DNA of 64,000 nt from Clostridia bacterium. Its GTDB lineage: Bacteria > Bacillota > Clostridia > Oscillospirales > JAAYXM01. Positions 1 through 10,718 of the stretch are shown one piece after another. A model generated the notes under the pieces. It ran no database searches and had not been told where the DNA came from. It was given only the letters and a program-made list of their open reading frames with translations. Each line of letters begins with the position of its first letter. Position 1 is the first letter of the stretch. Both the position numbers and the translations under genes were made by a program. The stretch lies in NCBI GenBank assembly GCA_017559855.1, contig JAFYQP010000016.1, positions 4,509 to 68,508 on the forward strand. Direction: 5' to 3'.

Positions 1-72
1 TGGGGAAATCTGTTTTAGGTAAATTAATTGTTGAGTTATAATCCTGAGACATATTACAAAAAACTCCTTGTC

Positions 73-909
73 TTATTCTTCGTCGTAATCGTAGTTTCTG
101 CCAAATTTCAGTACGCCATAATCGTCATCGTCATCATCGTCATCTTTCGGCGTATTTGTCGTTCCATCTATACCAAGGGTTACCTGGTCAAAATCTCTTG
201 TGTCATCAATGTTATCTGAAGCACTGTCGAAAATCGGAGTTTTCTCCTCTTTCTTAGTGGTTTCCTTCACGGGAGTTTTTGTTTCTTCAAAAACAGCGTC
301 AACATTCGGTGCAACAGATGAAATATCATCCACTTTTGCACGTTCTTCAAGCACCTTCATATTCTCAATCGCACTCTCTACACATTTGCTGATTTCACGT
401 GCTGCAAGTGTGAGTGTATCATCAAGAACGGTTGCGTTCTCGGTCACTTCAACGTCCGGGCGAAGAGCCTCAAGTTTCTCAGACTGAAGTCTGTAAGCCT
501 TGCTCATGGCATCTATAAAGATAGCAGCATCTGCCTTAAGTTGAGCAAGACGCTTCTCCTCGTCAGTAATCTGTGAAGCGAGATCTTTTACTTTACTTTG
601 TGCAATTGCACTTGCGTTTGCGATTATTTCATCAGCCTTACGCTTTGCCTCTTTAACCATATCGTTTGCAAGATTTTGAGCAGTAATGAGTGCCTTACGC
701 ATTGCTTCGTCAACTTCACGATACTCATCGATTGTTTTAGCAAGAAGTTTAAGTTTGCTCTTTAAACTTGCATTCTCCCTGACTACTTCGTTAAAGTCAG
801 ATGCAATTTCCTGCATTGTCTCATCAACAGCCGCCATCTCGTAGCCACCAAACATAACCTTATCAAACTGGATATTCTTAATTTCCTGCGGTGAAAGCAT
901 TCTTTCCAC
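73..909 (-). CDS. divIVA: Cell-division protein DivIVA with an acidic poly-Asp C-terminal tail
   Basis: The N-terminus LSPQEIKNIQFDKVMFGGYEMAAVDETMQEI is the DivIVA signature, followed by a long coiled coil. It follows sepF-yggT as in Firmicute dcw-distal clusters. Confidence 0.85.
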   Translation of the reverse strand: MERMLSPQEIKNIQFDKVMFGGYEMAAVDETMQEIASDFNEVVRENASLKSKLKLLAKTIDEYREVDEAMRKALITAQNLANDMVKEAKRKADEIIANASAIAQSKVKDLASQITDEEKRLAQLKADAAIFIDAMSKAYRLQSEKLEALRPDVEVTENATVLDDTLTLAAREISKCVESAIENMKVLEERAKVDDISSVAPNVDAVFEETKTPVKETTKKEEKTPIFDSASDNIDDTRDFDQVTLGIDGTTNTPKDDDDDDDDYGVLKFGRNYDYDEE

Positions 910-927
910 ATCCCTTAAATAATATTT

Positions 928-1194
928 TTATATAAATCCCCTTAGCACACTGAGCAACAGAAACACGACAAGAATGGAAAAATCTATCGGTATACTTTGC
1001 AGTGCCGGAATTTTAAACAGTACTCTACGCACGGGCTCAAGCACAGGCTCGGTCACGGCGTATAAAAATGAAACTATTGGGTTTGTCCCGTCAATGGGAA
1101 ACCACGACATCACTGCACGAGCGATTAAAATAAACTCATACACGTCAATTAACGTGTGTAAGATTCTGTAAATAATTACACCTAGCAAAATCAA
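928..1194 (-). CDS. yggT: YggT/YlmG family integral membrane protein
   Basis: An 88-aa two-TM protein with a YggT-like motif (ARAVMSWFP) lying between sepF and divIVA. Confidence 0.8.
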   Translation of the reverse strand: MILLGVIIYRILHTLIDVYEFILIARAVMSWFPIDGTNPIVSFLYAVTEPVLEPVRRVLFKIPALQSIPIDFSILVVFLLLSVLRGFI

Positions 1195-1210
1195 AAGACC
1201 CTTTCTTTAA

Positions 1211-1642
1211 TTAAAAATAGAGCCCGCTGTTTTCAAGTTCATCTATAAGATCGCCCTGAATATTCACGTTAAACGGTGTGACAATGTATGTGCTGTTTGC
1301 CACACGTTTTAAATTACCTTCCTGTGCATAAGCAACACCGGATAAGAAATCCAAAATACGACGGGCGGTCTCTTTATTTGCAGACTCAAGGTTTAAAACA
1401 ACCGTGCGACGATCTTTCAAATGGTCGGCAATCTCCTGTGCGGTTTCAAAACGCTCAGGCTTTACAAGTACTACCTGAAGTTGAGTTGTTGTGTGGATGT
1501 TAACAACTTTATTGTTCTTTCTTTCCACAGGCTTTACAACCTCTTCCTCACGTACCGGGGGAATAAATTCCTCAAAATCGTCATCCTCTTCATCGTCAAC
1601 ATCTAAACGAGCCCATTTTTTAAACTCATCCCATACACCCAT
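1211..1642 (-). CDS. sepF: Cell division protein SepF
   Basis: It has an acidic N-terminal linker. The conserved C-terminal core reads VVLVKPERFETAQEIADHLKDRRTVVLNLE...RRILDFLSGVAYA. Confidence 0.85.
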   Translation of the reverse strand: MGVWDEFKKWARLDVDDEEDDDFEEFIPPVREEEVVKPVERKNNKVVNIHTTTQLQVVLVKPERFETAQEIADHLKDRRTVVLNLESANKETARRILDFLSGVAYAQEGNLKRVANSTYIVTPFNVNIQGDLIDELENSGLYF

Positions 1643-1666
1643 GGTTTTATACCTCCGTAAATTAAA

Positions 1667-2374
1667 TTATACATAATTGCGACGGCCGAATATTCCGGTA
1701 CCGACACGAACCATATTGGCACCGTGCAGGATGGCATCATAATAGTCGTCACTCATACCCATTGACAAAAAGTCCATAATAATATTATCGTATTTTTTTG
1801 TGCTAATGTCAATAAAAAGCTTATGCATTTTTTCAAAATATGCAATATTTTTATTATCAGCACCTAAAATTGGCGGAATGGTCATAAGTCCTCGGACGAA
1901 AATACCTTCAATTTTCGAGACTTCTTCAATGAATGCATCCAACTCATGTGGCGGGATGCCTCCCTTACTCTCTTCTCCGCCGATGTTTATCTCAATTAAA
2001 ATATCCTGAACAATACCTGCTTTTACCGCAAGTCGTCCGATTTCACGGGCAAGTTTAATCGAATCTACTGACTGAATAAGAGCCACTTTACCGATAAGGT
2101 ATTTAACTTTATTGGTCTGCAGATTTCCTATAAAGTGAAGCGGTGCACCATCATACGCGTTCTGCTCGTACTTATCAAGCAATTCCTGCACACGATTTTC
2201 GCCCGATACGTCAATGCCCGCCGCTATCGCCTCGCGAACGCGGTCTGCATCGTTCATTTTTGTCGCCGCAACAAGGACAATATCCTCTGCACGTCTTCCA
2301 CTTTTTTCCGCAGCATCGGCAATCCGTGCACGGATTGTTTTTACATTTTCAAATATCTCGGACACCTTTAGCAC
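1667..2374 (-). CDS. yggS: YggS/YlmE family pyridoxal-phosphate homeostasis protein
   Basis: It shows alanine-racemase-N-like fold motifs (LVAATK, HFIGNLQTNKVK, LSMGMSDDY) and sits upstream of sepF. Confidence 0.85.
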   Translation of the reverse strand: MLKVSEIFENVKTIRARIADAAEKSGRRAEDIVLVAATKMNDADRVREAIAAGIDVSGENRVQELLDKYEQNAYDGAPLHFIGNLQTNKVKYLIGKVALIQSVDSIKLAREIGRLAVKAGIVQDILIEINIGGEESKGGIPPHELDAFIEEVSKIEGIFVRGLMTIPPILGADNKNIAYFEKMHKLFIDISTKKYDNIIMDFLSMGMSDDYYDAILHGANMVRVGTGIFGRRNYV

Positions 2375-2380
2375 TCCCCT

Positions 2381-3604
2381 TTATTTAACCATCTTTTTAT
2401 GCTCAAGTTCCTTTGCAGATACCACAATTTCGTCATAAAGCAAAAGGCTTTTCGTGTTCGTGCTGTCATATGCAACGATGTAGTAACTTTCTTTTTCAAA
2501 AATTGTTTCTACCGGCTTAAACTTAACCTGTGAGTCAATAAGACAATAAACGCCCTGTTCACCGTCTTCGTTCATTCGTAACGCCTCTCTCGGCACTTTT
2601 AATCCTTCGTAACTGCGAATAACAACATTCGCCCTAAGTTTACGTGCAAGTGTGAAATCTCCCACGTGTTCGTCAACTCTGAACACTACACATACCTTTC
2701 CGTTTTCCGGCTCACTCTTCCATTGCACTCGTGCTGTAACCTCAGGATAAACCGGATTTTCGAATGAAAGTTGTGCTTTTTTTCCGACACTTATGCGTTC
2801 TGCATCTTCAATGCTTACAAGAGTTGCATAATTCCAATAGAACTCTGTAACCAACTTGCCGAGTGTGCCGTCATTCTGCGAATTCAAGGTAATACCGTCA
2901 TCGATTTCTTTATAGCGTGACGGTGTAAGTTCCTCTATTTTCGAGCAAGATAAAACGGTCTCCAGACCATCGCTGTCTCCCGAATAATAGCCGGGATTTG
3001 GAGCATAAATCGCCTTGGTTGCACCTACGTTACCTATTGCTGTACGTTCAGCCTTAAGACCATCTATAACCGTCTTAAGATCACTCTTATCACGATATAC
3101 ATACTCTCTAGACAGAGTTTTATTCTTCATCTCATCTACTGTCTGCGGGATTTTGGAATAGTTGTTTGTTTCACAATACGAAGACAGTTCCTCACTCATT
3201 TTAACAATCGCGTTGTCAATTGTTTTTAAATCAACAACCTCATTGCCTTGATTCATAAGGTTTTCAAGTCGATCAATTCTCGCAGAAAGGTCTTTCTTTT
3301 TGTGGACTTTATCAAGGTCTGATTGACTTGCGTAAACGTATGCTACCGCATCGCCCTTTGCCGCACGTTCGCCCTCTGACACTTGCATTTCGACAACACC
3401 TGATGTAACGGCACCCAATATTTTTTCCTCACGGATAACAAATCCGTCAGTTTCTATTGAATCCTCCGCAGTTATGTGCAACGCAGTAACCGTGGAAACC
3501 GGATCGTAAACGTTGTTCCATACTACGCCCACAAGGTAAATTACGACAAACACCGCAAACAATACATATAAAATTCGTCCTAAAAAGTGACCTTTCATAG
3601 CCAT
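2381..3604 (-). CDS. HlyD/membrane-fusion-like protein (N-terminal TM, coiled coil, beta-barrel) with no cognate transporter nearby
   Basis: One N-terminal TM helix (ILYVLFAVFVVIYLVGVVW) is followed by lipoyl-like GDAVAYV, a coiled-coil segment and a beta-rich C-terminus. The family call is made by general architecture only. Confidence 0.45.
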   Translation of the reverse strand: MAMKGHFLGRILYVLFAVFVVIYLVGVVWNNVYDPVSTVTALHITAEDSIETDGFVIREEKILGAVTSGVVEMQVSEGERAAKGDAVAYVYASQSDLDKVHKKKDLSARIDRLENLMNQGNEVVDLKTIDNAIVKMSEELSSYCETNNYSKIPQTVDEMKNKTLSREYVYRDKSDLKTVIDGLKAERTAIGNVGATKAIYAPNPGYYSGDSDGLETVLSCSKIEELTPSRYKEIDDGITLNSQNDGTLGKLVTEFYWNYATLVSIEDAERISVGKKAQLSFENPVYPEVTARVQWKSEPENGKVCVVFRVDEHVGDFTLARKLRANVVIRSYEGLKVPREALRMNEDGEQGVYCLIDSQVKFKPVETIFEKESYYIVAYDSTNTKSLLLYDEIVVSAKELEHKKMVK

Positions 3605-3613
3605 TTACGCAGT

Positions 3614-3859
3614 TTACTGCGTATCCTCCTTTTCTTGCGGGATTTCAAGTTGTATCGGGCGTGCAGGAATTATTGTTGATATTGCGTGTTTATAAATAAT
3701 CTGCTGTCTACCTTCGGTATCCAACACAACAATAAAACAGTCGAATCCTCGCACTGTTCCTTTAAGTTGAAATCCATTGGTTAAAAATACTGTGACCGCC
3801 ATATGTTCACGGCGTGCCTGCATAAGTAAAATGTCCTGTAAGTTGTTTGTTTTTTGCAT
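3614..3859 (-). CDS. hfq: RNA chaperone Hfq
   Basis: Sm1/Sm2 motifs are present ([19 protein letters not shown]...[10 protein letters not shown]), and it lies immediately downstream of miaA. Confidence 0.9.
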   Translation of the reverse strand: MQKTNNLQDILLMQARREHMAVTVFLTNGFQLKGTVRGFDCFIVVLDTEGRQQIIYKHAISTIIPARPIQLEIPQEKEDTQ

Positions 3860-3906
3860 AGTAATCGCTTCCTTTTTCTTTATTTGGAAAAATTTTCCTG
3901 CAATTA

Positions 3907-4827
3907 CTATACATTACCATTTTTGACGAAATCACACGAAGCTTGTAATACATCCTCAAAACTTTCACGGTTATCGAGATAAAACCACTTAATTCTCATG
4001 TCACGTCGAAACCAGGTAAGTTGACGCTTTGCAAGTCGGCGAGTTGCCTGCTTTAAAAGCAATACCGCGTCATCCAATGACATCTCACCTTTGATTGCCG
4101 GTATTATCTCCTTGTACCCGATCGCCTGCATTGACGTTGCCGTCTCGGAAATCCCGCTGCTAAGCAATTTTTCCGTCTCTTCAACAAGTCCCATTTCAAG
4201 CATTTCGTCAACTCGTTTTTCAATTCTGTCATACAAAATCTGCCTGTCCTGACAAGTAAGACCGATAATCTTAGCATCATATCTTGGTGGGAGTTTTTGC
4301 GTCATTTCATTGTGCTCACCAATGGTTTTGCCGCTTAAGTGAAAAATTTCAAGTGCACGTGTTATGCGTTTTATGTCCTTTAAATGTAATCTTTCCGCAC
4401 TTAAAGGATCAACCTGCCTTAACATATCAAAAAGTTCTTCCGGCGTCTTTGACATAAGATACGCACGGTAATCTTCATCATACTCGGCAAATCCGCCACC
4501 ACGGATGAGTGCGTCGATATAAAGTCCGGTTCCGCCGACGATTACCGGAAGTTTTCCTCTGTTTGCAATATCTTCTATTGCACGATCAGCATCCTCGACA
4601 AAACGCGACACAGAGTACGCCTCATTTGCATCTACTATATCAAAAAGATGGTGCGGCACACCGTCACGCTCCTCCAATGAGGGTTTTGCGGTGCCGATAT
4701 CCATACCTTTATAAATTTGCATTGAATCTGCGGAAACTACTTCACCGGAAAGTTTTTTGCAAAGTTCTATACCAAGTTTCGTTTTTCCCGATGCGGTGGG
4801 TCCCACAATACAAACGATTTTTTGCAT
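3907..4827 (-). CDS. miaA: tRNA dimethylallyltransferase
   Basis: P-loop [26 protein letters not shown] and a conserved C-terminal QLTWFR motif. Confidence 0.9.
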   Translation of the reverse strand: MQKIVCIVGPTASGKTKLGIELCKKLSGEVVSADSMQIYKGMDIGTAKPSLEERDGVPHHLFDIVDANEAYSVSRFVEDADRAIEDIANRGKLPVIVGGTGLYIDALIRGGGFAEYDEDYRAYLMSKTPEELFDMLRQVDPLSAERLHLKDIKRITRALEIFHLSGKTIGEHNEMTQKLPPRYDAKIIGLTCQDRQILYDRIEKRVDEMLEMGLVEETEKLLSSGISETATSMQAIGYKEIIPAIKGEMSLDDAVLLLKQATRRLAKRQLTWFRRDMRIKWFYLDNRESFEDVLQASCDFVKNGNV

Positions 4828-4838
4828 TGTTTTCTCCT

Positions 4839-6692
4839 TTATGAGCGTTTAAACATGCGCTCAAATTGGTATTTCGTAAGTGTTACGGCGACCGGTCTGC
4901 CGTGTGGGCAGTAACGAATATCTTCACGGGATAGCACTTCACGTGCAAGTTTTTCCGCTTCAAATCTATCGGTACGCATACCCGCTTTAATTGCCGCCTT
5001 ACAAGCAATGGAGTGTAATATTTCATCAAATCGCTCTTCATCGCTTATTTTGCGTTTATTTTGCAGTGAATAAGCAATTTCAGAAAGTGACGCGGCGACG
5101 CTACCTTCATCTATGCCGTCGGGCACCTGCCTTATCGCAACGTCACCAAAGCCCATTTCATCTATCTCAAATCCGAGACTTTCAAGTAAAGTTAAGTTTT
5201 CAAAAATAACCTCGTTCTCTTCATCGGCAAGTTTTACGTGCACGGGGGATAAAAGTCTTTGCGGTTGTGGTGCAATCTTTTGGTTTTTTAGTTTTTCAAA
5301 CAAAATACGCTCATGTGCCGCGTGTTTATCAATCAGGACAACCTCATTGTCACACTCGACTATAATATAAGTGTTTAACACTTCTCCGATAAATTTAAAA
5401 GCAGGTGCGTCTTTTTCTTTTGCCTGGACCTGTTCGACTATCGGTGAGAAAAGATCCAAAACAGGTCTTTCCTCAGACATGGGAATTGTAATTTGCTCCG
5501 GAACATTATCAAGCGGTTTGAATTCTGTTTTTTTCGGCGGTGTAACGGTAGTAAACGTAGTTTTTGCAGGTGTAAACGGTGTTTCGTCTTTCTTTACGGG
5601 TTCAACCTTGTTAAAATACGTCGGTTTGTTTGCAACCTTAGGCTCGTCCACTTTCTTTTCCGTTACGGTTTTTACAATGGGAAGTTGTGCCTCACTAATG
5701 GATGAATCATTTAGGATTGCATTCTTAACCGCATAGTAAACCGTGTCAAAAACTTCTTTTTCACGGGCAAATTTAATCTCGGTTTTTGTAGGATGAACAT
5801 TAACGTCGGTAAGTTCAACCGGTAATGTGATTTCGAGGACACAACTTGGGAATCTTCCCTTCATAATTACATTGGCGTATGCTTGTTCAAGTGCAGCCAT
5901 CAGCATTTTTGACTTTACATATCTGCCGTTTACATAGAAATACTGAAGAGCACGATTGCCACGGGAGGCAATGGGCTTTGTAACAAAACCGTTTACCTTT
6001 ACTACCCCGTTTTCACCCTCGGTTTTAAGCATTGAATTTGCTACATCCCGACCTAACACACTATATACGCAGGATTCTTTTTTACCATCACCCGGCGTGT
6101 GCAGTACAACTTTCCCCTCACGCGTCAGTTGGAAGGAAATCTCCGGGTGGGAAAGTGCAACCGCGGTTACAACCCCTTCTACCGCAGAACCTTCACTAGA
6201 ATCCTTCTTAAGAAATTTCATACGTGCAGGTGTGTTATAAAATAGGTCACGGACAATGATAGTAGTACCCTTGGGTGCACCAATATCATCTATTTCCAGA
6301 ATGTTTCCGCCCTCCTGATAAAGGCGTGTTCCCATTTCATCTTCTATGCGGTGAGTGATGATTTCCATTTTGGAAACCGCAGTAATCGCTGCAAGAGCCT
6401 CACCTCTAAAACCGAGTGTCGCTATATGATTCAAGTCGTTTTCGTCCTGAATTTTGCTTGTGGAATGTCTGAGAATGGCAAAAGGCACGTCATCCCGTGC
6501 GATACCGCAACCATCGTCTGTTACGCGAAGGTATGCGACACCACCGGATTTAATTTCAACGGAAATAAAGGTTGCTCCTGCGTCGATTGCATTTTCAACA
6601 AGTTCCTTTGCAACAGATGCAGGGCGTTCAACCACCTCGCCCGCCGCTATTAAATCCGCCACGTGTTGTGACAGCACCTTGATTCTCGGCAT
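4839..6692 (-). CDS. mutL: DNA mismatch repair protein MutL
   Basis: GHKL ATPase motifs are present (AAGEVVERPASVAKELVENAIDAG, LGFRGEAL). A low-complexity linker precedes a C-terminal endonuclease domain. Confidence 0.95.
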   Translation of the reverse strand: MPRIKVLSQHVADLIAAGEVVERPASVAKELVENAIDAGATFISVEIKSGGVAYLRVTDDGCGIARDDVPFAILRHSTSKIQDENDLNHIATLGFRGEALAAITAVSKMEIITHRIEDEMGTRLYQEGGNILEIDDIGAPKGTTIIVRDLFYNTPARMKFLKKDSSEGSAVEGVVTAVALSHPEISFQLTREGKVVLHTPGDGKKESCVYSVLGRDVANSMLKTEGENGVVKVNGFVTKPIASRGNRALQYFYVNGRYVKSKMLMAALEQAYANVIMKGRFPSCVLEITLPVELTDVNVHPTKTEIKFAREKEVFDTVYYAVKNAILNDSSISEAQLPIVKTVTEKKVDEPKVANKPTYFNKVEPVKKDETPFTPAKTTFTTVTPPKKTEFKPLDNVPEQITIPMSEERPVLDLFSPIVEQVQAKEKDAPAFKFIGEVLNTYIIVECDNEVVLIDKHAAHERILFEKLKNQKIAPQPQRLLSPVHVKLADEENEVIFENLTLLESLGFEIDEMGFGDVAIRQVPDGIDEGSVAASLSEIAYSLQNKRKISDEERFDEILHSIACKAAIKAGMRTDRFEAEKLAREVLSREDIRYCPHGRPVAVTLTKYQFERMFKRS

Positions 6693-6695
6693 TTT

Positions 6696-9302
6696 TTATT
6701 CCTCCAAACCAGAAATTTCTGAAATCAAATTATATAATACTCTCTGAGCATCAAGCGGAGTAAGTGAGTTTATATCAATCGACGTTACTCTCTTTAAAAG
6801 TTCCTCAACTTTAGGATTTACAACGTATTCTACCCGTGACTGTGACACGGTGGGCACATTGTCCCCACGCTCTAAATCGGTAAGTATCTCCTTTGCCCTG
6901 TGTATGATATTTTCCGGAAGTCCTGCAAGTTTCGCAACCTCAATACCGTAGCTGTCATCTGCACTTCCTCTCATTATTTTACGCAGGAAGGTGATGTCAA
7001 AGCCTACTTTCTTAACTGCGATGTTGTAGTTTTTCACACCGTCAAGTTGTCCTTCAAGTTCGGTTAGTTCGTGATAATGTGTTGCAAAAAGTGTCTTCGC
7101 ACCAATTTGACCTGAGTTTGAGATATACTCAATAACCGCACGTGCAATGGACATACCGTCAAAAGTGGATGTTCCCCTACCGATTTCATCTAAAATCAAA
7201 AGGCTTTTGCGTGATGCGTTTCTTATGATGTCTGCAACCTCGCTCATTTCCACCATAAACGTCGACTGTCCCGCCGACAAGTCATCCGATGCTCCAATTC
7301 TCGTAAACACTTTATCCACTACGCCGATTCTCGCACTATCTGCCGGTACGAACGAGCCGATCTGTGCCATAACTGTAATAAGTGCCACCTGACGCATATA
7401 GGTAGATTTACCCGCCATATTCGGACCGGTAATTACCGCCATACGGTTGTCACTGCAATCCAACAGTGTGTCATTGGGAACAAAACTCACGTCACGGAGC
7501 ATACGCTCAACTACCGGGTGGCGTCCTGCGATAATTTCAATCTCGTCGCTGTTGTCAACAATCGGGCGAACATAGTGGTAACGAACGGCGACTTCTGCAA
7601 GTGAAGTATACACATCCACTTTACTGATCGCCTGTGCCGTAATGCGGATACGGCTACGCTCACCAACGATCTGTGCACATACATTGCGGAACAGTTCCGC
7701 CTCTAATGTAACAATGCGTTCCTGTGCACTTAAAATAGTTGCCTCAAGATTTTTTAGTTCCTGAGTAATAAAACGCTCACCATTTGTAAGTGTTTGTTTC
7801 CTTATATATTCTTCGGGAACCTGAGATATATTGCTTTTTGAAACCTCGATATAATAGCCGAAAACACGGTTATAGCCAATTTTTAAATTCTTGATACCGG
7901 TCTTCTCACGCTCGGTCTCCTCGATTTTTCTTATGTACTCGGTTCCGCCGTTTAAAATGTTGCGGAGTTCATCCACCTCGGCATTATATCCTGCCCTGAT
8001 GAGTTTACCCTCGCGAATTGTTGCCGGTGGCTCGTCTGCAATAGATACCGATATGAGTTCACAGATATCTTCAAGTGTATCGATTTGTGCATTTACCTTA
8101 CATAACTCTTCGGATGTGAAGTTTGCAATGTAACTTTTAATCATCGGAAGATGGCATATTGCCTGTTTTAGCGAGATTAAATCTCTACCGTTTGCTATAC
8201 CGTATGCTGCCTTTCCGCACAAACGCTCAATATCAAGAACATTCTTGAGTATTTCACTAAGTTCGCCCCTGAGAACCGACGAGTCCACAAGGTCATTGAT
8301 TGCATCCTGGCGACGAGTGATTTCACCCACGTCCATAAGAGGGTTATCGATAAATCTTCTTAAAAGTCGGCTACCCATTGCAGTATGAGTTTTATCAAGT
8401 ACCCAAAGAAGCGTTCCCCTTTTCTGACGTTCACGCATAGTTTCGCAAAGTTCAAGATTCCGTCTTGCGGTATTGTCCATTTGCATAAAACTGTCTTTAC
8501 TGTAGAAATTAATACCTTCGATGTAGGATAAATCTCTCTTTTGCGTTGATGCAAGATAGATAAGCATAGCACCGACCGCACGGATTAATCTTCCGTCATC
8601 GGTAAATCCAAACGCTCTTAATCTATTGGTTTTAAACTTATTCTCAATAGCCTCTTTTGCACATCTTTCGTCAAAAAGATCGTCTCTGTCGCAGGTAGGA
8701 TAAAGATTTAGACGATACCTGATATAGTCTACAAGTTCCTTGTTTTCAGACTCGGAAATATTAATTATGATTTCACGTGGGAGGTATTTTCCAAGTTCAG
8801 ATGCAATTTGCATTTCCACATTGCCACTTGTGATTTCAACCGCATCAACCTCACCCGTTGAAATATCCGCAAAGCACAGACCTGCACCAAGTGCATCGAT
8901 GTAGAGTGTGCAGATATAATTATTCTTCTCGTTTTCAAGCATTGAACTTTCAATGACGGTACCTGGCGTAATTACACGCACAACGTCACGGGCAACAATT
9001 CCTTTTGCCGCTTTAGGATCCTCCGTTTGCTCACAGATTGCCACCTTGTATCCTTTGTCAATCAGACGGGCGATATAACTCTCGCATGAATGATACGGAA
9101 CACCGCACATCGGTGCACGTTCTTCCTGTCCACATTCACGACCTGTCAGAGTGAGTTCTAATTCACGCGATGCGACCTTCGCATCATCAAAGAACATTTC
9201 ATAAAAATCACCTAATCTATAAAAGAGAATACAATCACTATATTCATTTTTAATTTCAAAGTATTGTTTCATCATTGGTGAAAATTCTTTCGCCATATCC
9301 AA
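6696..9302 (-). CDS. mutS: DNA mismatch repair protein MutS
   Basis: N-terminal TPMMKQY...GDFYE, Walker A GPNMAGKST and STFMVEM motifs. Confidence 0.95.
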   Translation of the reverse strand: MDMAKEFSPMMKQYFEIKNEYSDCILFYRLGDFYEMFFDDAKVASRELELTLTGRECGQEERAPMCGVPYHSCESYIARLIDKGYKVAICEQTEDPKAAKGIVARDVVRVITPGTVIESSMLENEKNNYICTLYIDALGAGLCFADISTGEVDAVEITSGNVEMQIASELGKYLPREIIINISESENKELVDYIRYRLNLYPTCDRDDLFDERCAKEAIENKFKTNRLRAFGFTDDGRLIRAVGAMLIYLASTQKRDLSYIEGINFYSKDSFMQMDNTARRNLELCETMRERQKRGTLLWVLDKTHTAMGSRLLRRFIDNPLMDVGEITRRQDAINDLVDSSVLRGELSEILKNVLDIERLCGKAAYGIANGRDLISLKQAICHLPMIKSYIANFTSEELCKVNAQIDTLEDICELISVSIADEPPATIREGKLIRAGYNAEVDELRNILNGGTEYIRKIEETEREKTGIKNLKIGYNRVFGYYIEVSKSNISQVPEEYIRKQTLTNGERFITQELKNLEATILSAQERIVTLEAELFRNVCAQIVGERSRIRITAQAISKVDVYTSLAEVAVRYHYVRPIVDNSDEIEIIAGRHPVVERMLRDVSFVPNDTLLDCSDNRMAVITGPNMAGKSTYMRQVALITVMAQIGSFVPADSARIGVVDKVFTRIGASDDLSAGQSTFMVEMSEVADIIRNASRKSLLILDEIGRGTSTFDGMSIARAVIEYISNSGQIGAKTLFATHYHELTELEGQLDGVKNYNIAVKKVGFDITFLRKIMRGSADDSYGIEVAKLAGLPENIIHRAKEILTDLERGDNVPTVSQSRVEYVVNPKVEELLKRVTSIDINSLTPLDAQRVLYNLISEISGLEE

Positions 9303-9311
9303 TCACCCCGA

Positions 9312-10718
9312 TTAATCTACTATCCTGCCCTCCATTGACCACTTCGAGCAGACTTCTATTTTCGCATTCACAAACTTGCCCACAAGTTCAGAGCATCCGG
9401 TTAAACGAATGGGACGGTTTGTATCGGTTCTTGCAACAAGATTATATACATCGCCGCCCTCGTCATTTTCGATCAGGACACGAACTGTTTTACCGAGGAG
9501 TTCCTCTGCGTACTTTTCTGCTATCTTACTCTGCACTTTAAGCAAACGGTCAAATCTTTGTCCCTTTTCCTCACGAGTTGTAGGATCCTCCATTTCTGCA
9601 GCAGGAGTCCCTTTCCGTTTGGAATAAATGAATGTAAAAAGTGCATCGAAACCGATATCTTCAACAAGGGATATTGTCTCATCAAAGTCCTCGTTGCTCT
9701 CGCCGGGGAAGCCCACTATAACGTCACTTGTAAACGAAATGTCCGGCATATAAGTTCTTGCACATTTGATTAACTCCGCATATTTCTCCCGCGTGTAGCC
9801 ACGATTCATAAGTTTAAGTATTCGGTTACTGCCCGACTGAAACGGAAGATGTATATGGTGTGCCACTTTTTCGCACTTCGCCATCGTTTTAAAAAGTCTT
9901 TCGGTTGCATCTTTCGGATGGCTCGTCATAAAGCGGATTTTAAACTCACCGGGAATTGCATTTATTCTTTCAAGCAATTCCGCAAAGTCAATATTTTCAT
10001 CAAGGTCTTTGCCGTAAGAATTAACGTTCTGGCCAAGAAGAGTTACGTCACGAGCACCGTTTTCGATAAGTTTGGTTATCTCTGAAATAATCATCTCCGG
10101 TCTGCGACTACGCTCTCTGCCACGAACGTAAGGGACAATACAGTACGAACAAAAATTATTACATCCGTACATAATTGACACCCATGCTTTGGTACTGTTT
10201 TCCCGGTAAACGGGCATATCCTCGAAAATCCTGCCATCACTGTCAATAAGTTCGAAGACTCGCTTCTTCCCCGTCATTACACGGAAGAGAAGTTCAGGAA
10301 AACGGTAGAGTGCGTGAGTTCCGAACACAAGGTTTACATGGTGATAACTTTTTTTGATTTTTTCCACCATATGTCCCTGCTGCACCATACAACCACAGAT
10401 AGCAATAATTTGATTCGGCTTTTTATCTTTAGTGTGAACAAGTTGTCCAACATTTCCTAACACACGCATTTCCGCATGCTCACGCACAGCACAAGTGTTG
10501 ATTACAATAACGTCGGCCTCCTCCTCACTTTTAGTGAGTGTATAGCCCATTTCAATAAGCATTCCTCTTAGGATTTCACTGTCCGCTTCATTCTGTTGAC
10601 AGCCGTAAGTGTCAACAAAAGCATATTGCGTTCCGTCACCCTTGCGTGATTTCACCTTTTGCATATATTCTTTTTGGAGTAAAATTTCCTCCTGGGAAAC
10701 GAGTTTATCTTCTTTCAT
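9312..10718 (-). CDS. miaB: tRNA-2-methylthio-N6-dimethylallyladenosine synthase (radical SAM MTTase)
   Basis: UPF0004 N-domain (TYGCQQNEADSE), radical-SAM motif CNNFCSYC and a C-terminal TRAM domain. Confidence 0.9.
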   Translation of the reverse strand: MKEDKLVSQEEILLQKEYMQKVKSRKGDGTQYAFVDTYGCQQNEADSEILRGMLIEMGYTLTKSEEEADVIVINTCAVREHAEMRVLGNVGQLVHTKDKKPNQIIAICGCMVQQGHMVEKIKKSYHHVNLVFGTHALYRFPELLFRVMTGKKRVFELIDSDGRIFEDMPVYRENSTKAWVSIMYGCNNFCSYCIVPYVRGRERSRRPEMIISEITKLIENGARDVTLLGQNVNSYGKDLDENIDFAELLERINAIPGEFKIRFMTSHPKDATERLFKTMAKCEKVAHHIHLPFQSGSNRILKLMNRGYTREKYAELIKCARTYMPDISFTSDVIVGFPGESNEDFDETISLVEDIGFDALFTFIYSKRKGTPAAEMEDPTTREEKGQRFDRLLKVQSKIAEKYAEELLGKTVRVLIENDEGGDVYNLVARTDTNRPIRLTGCSELVGKFVNAKIEVCSKWSMEGRIVD

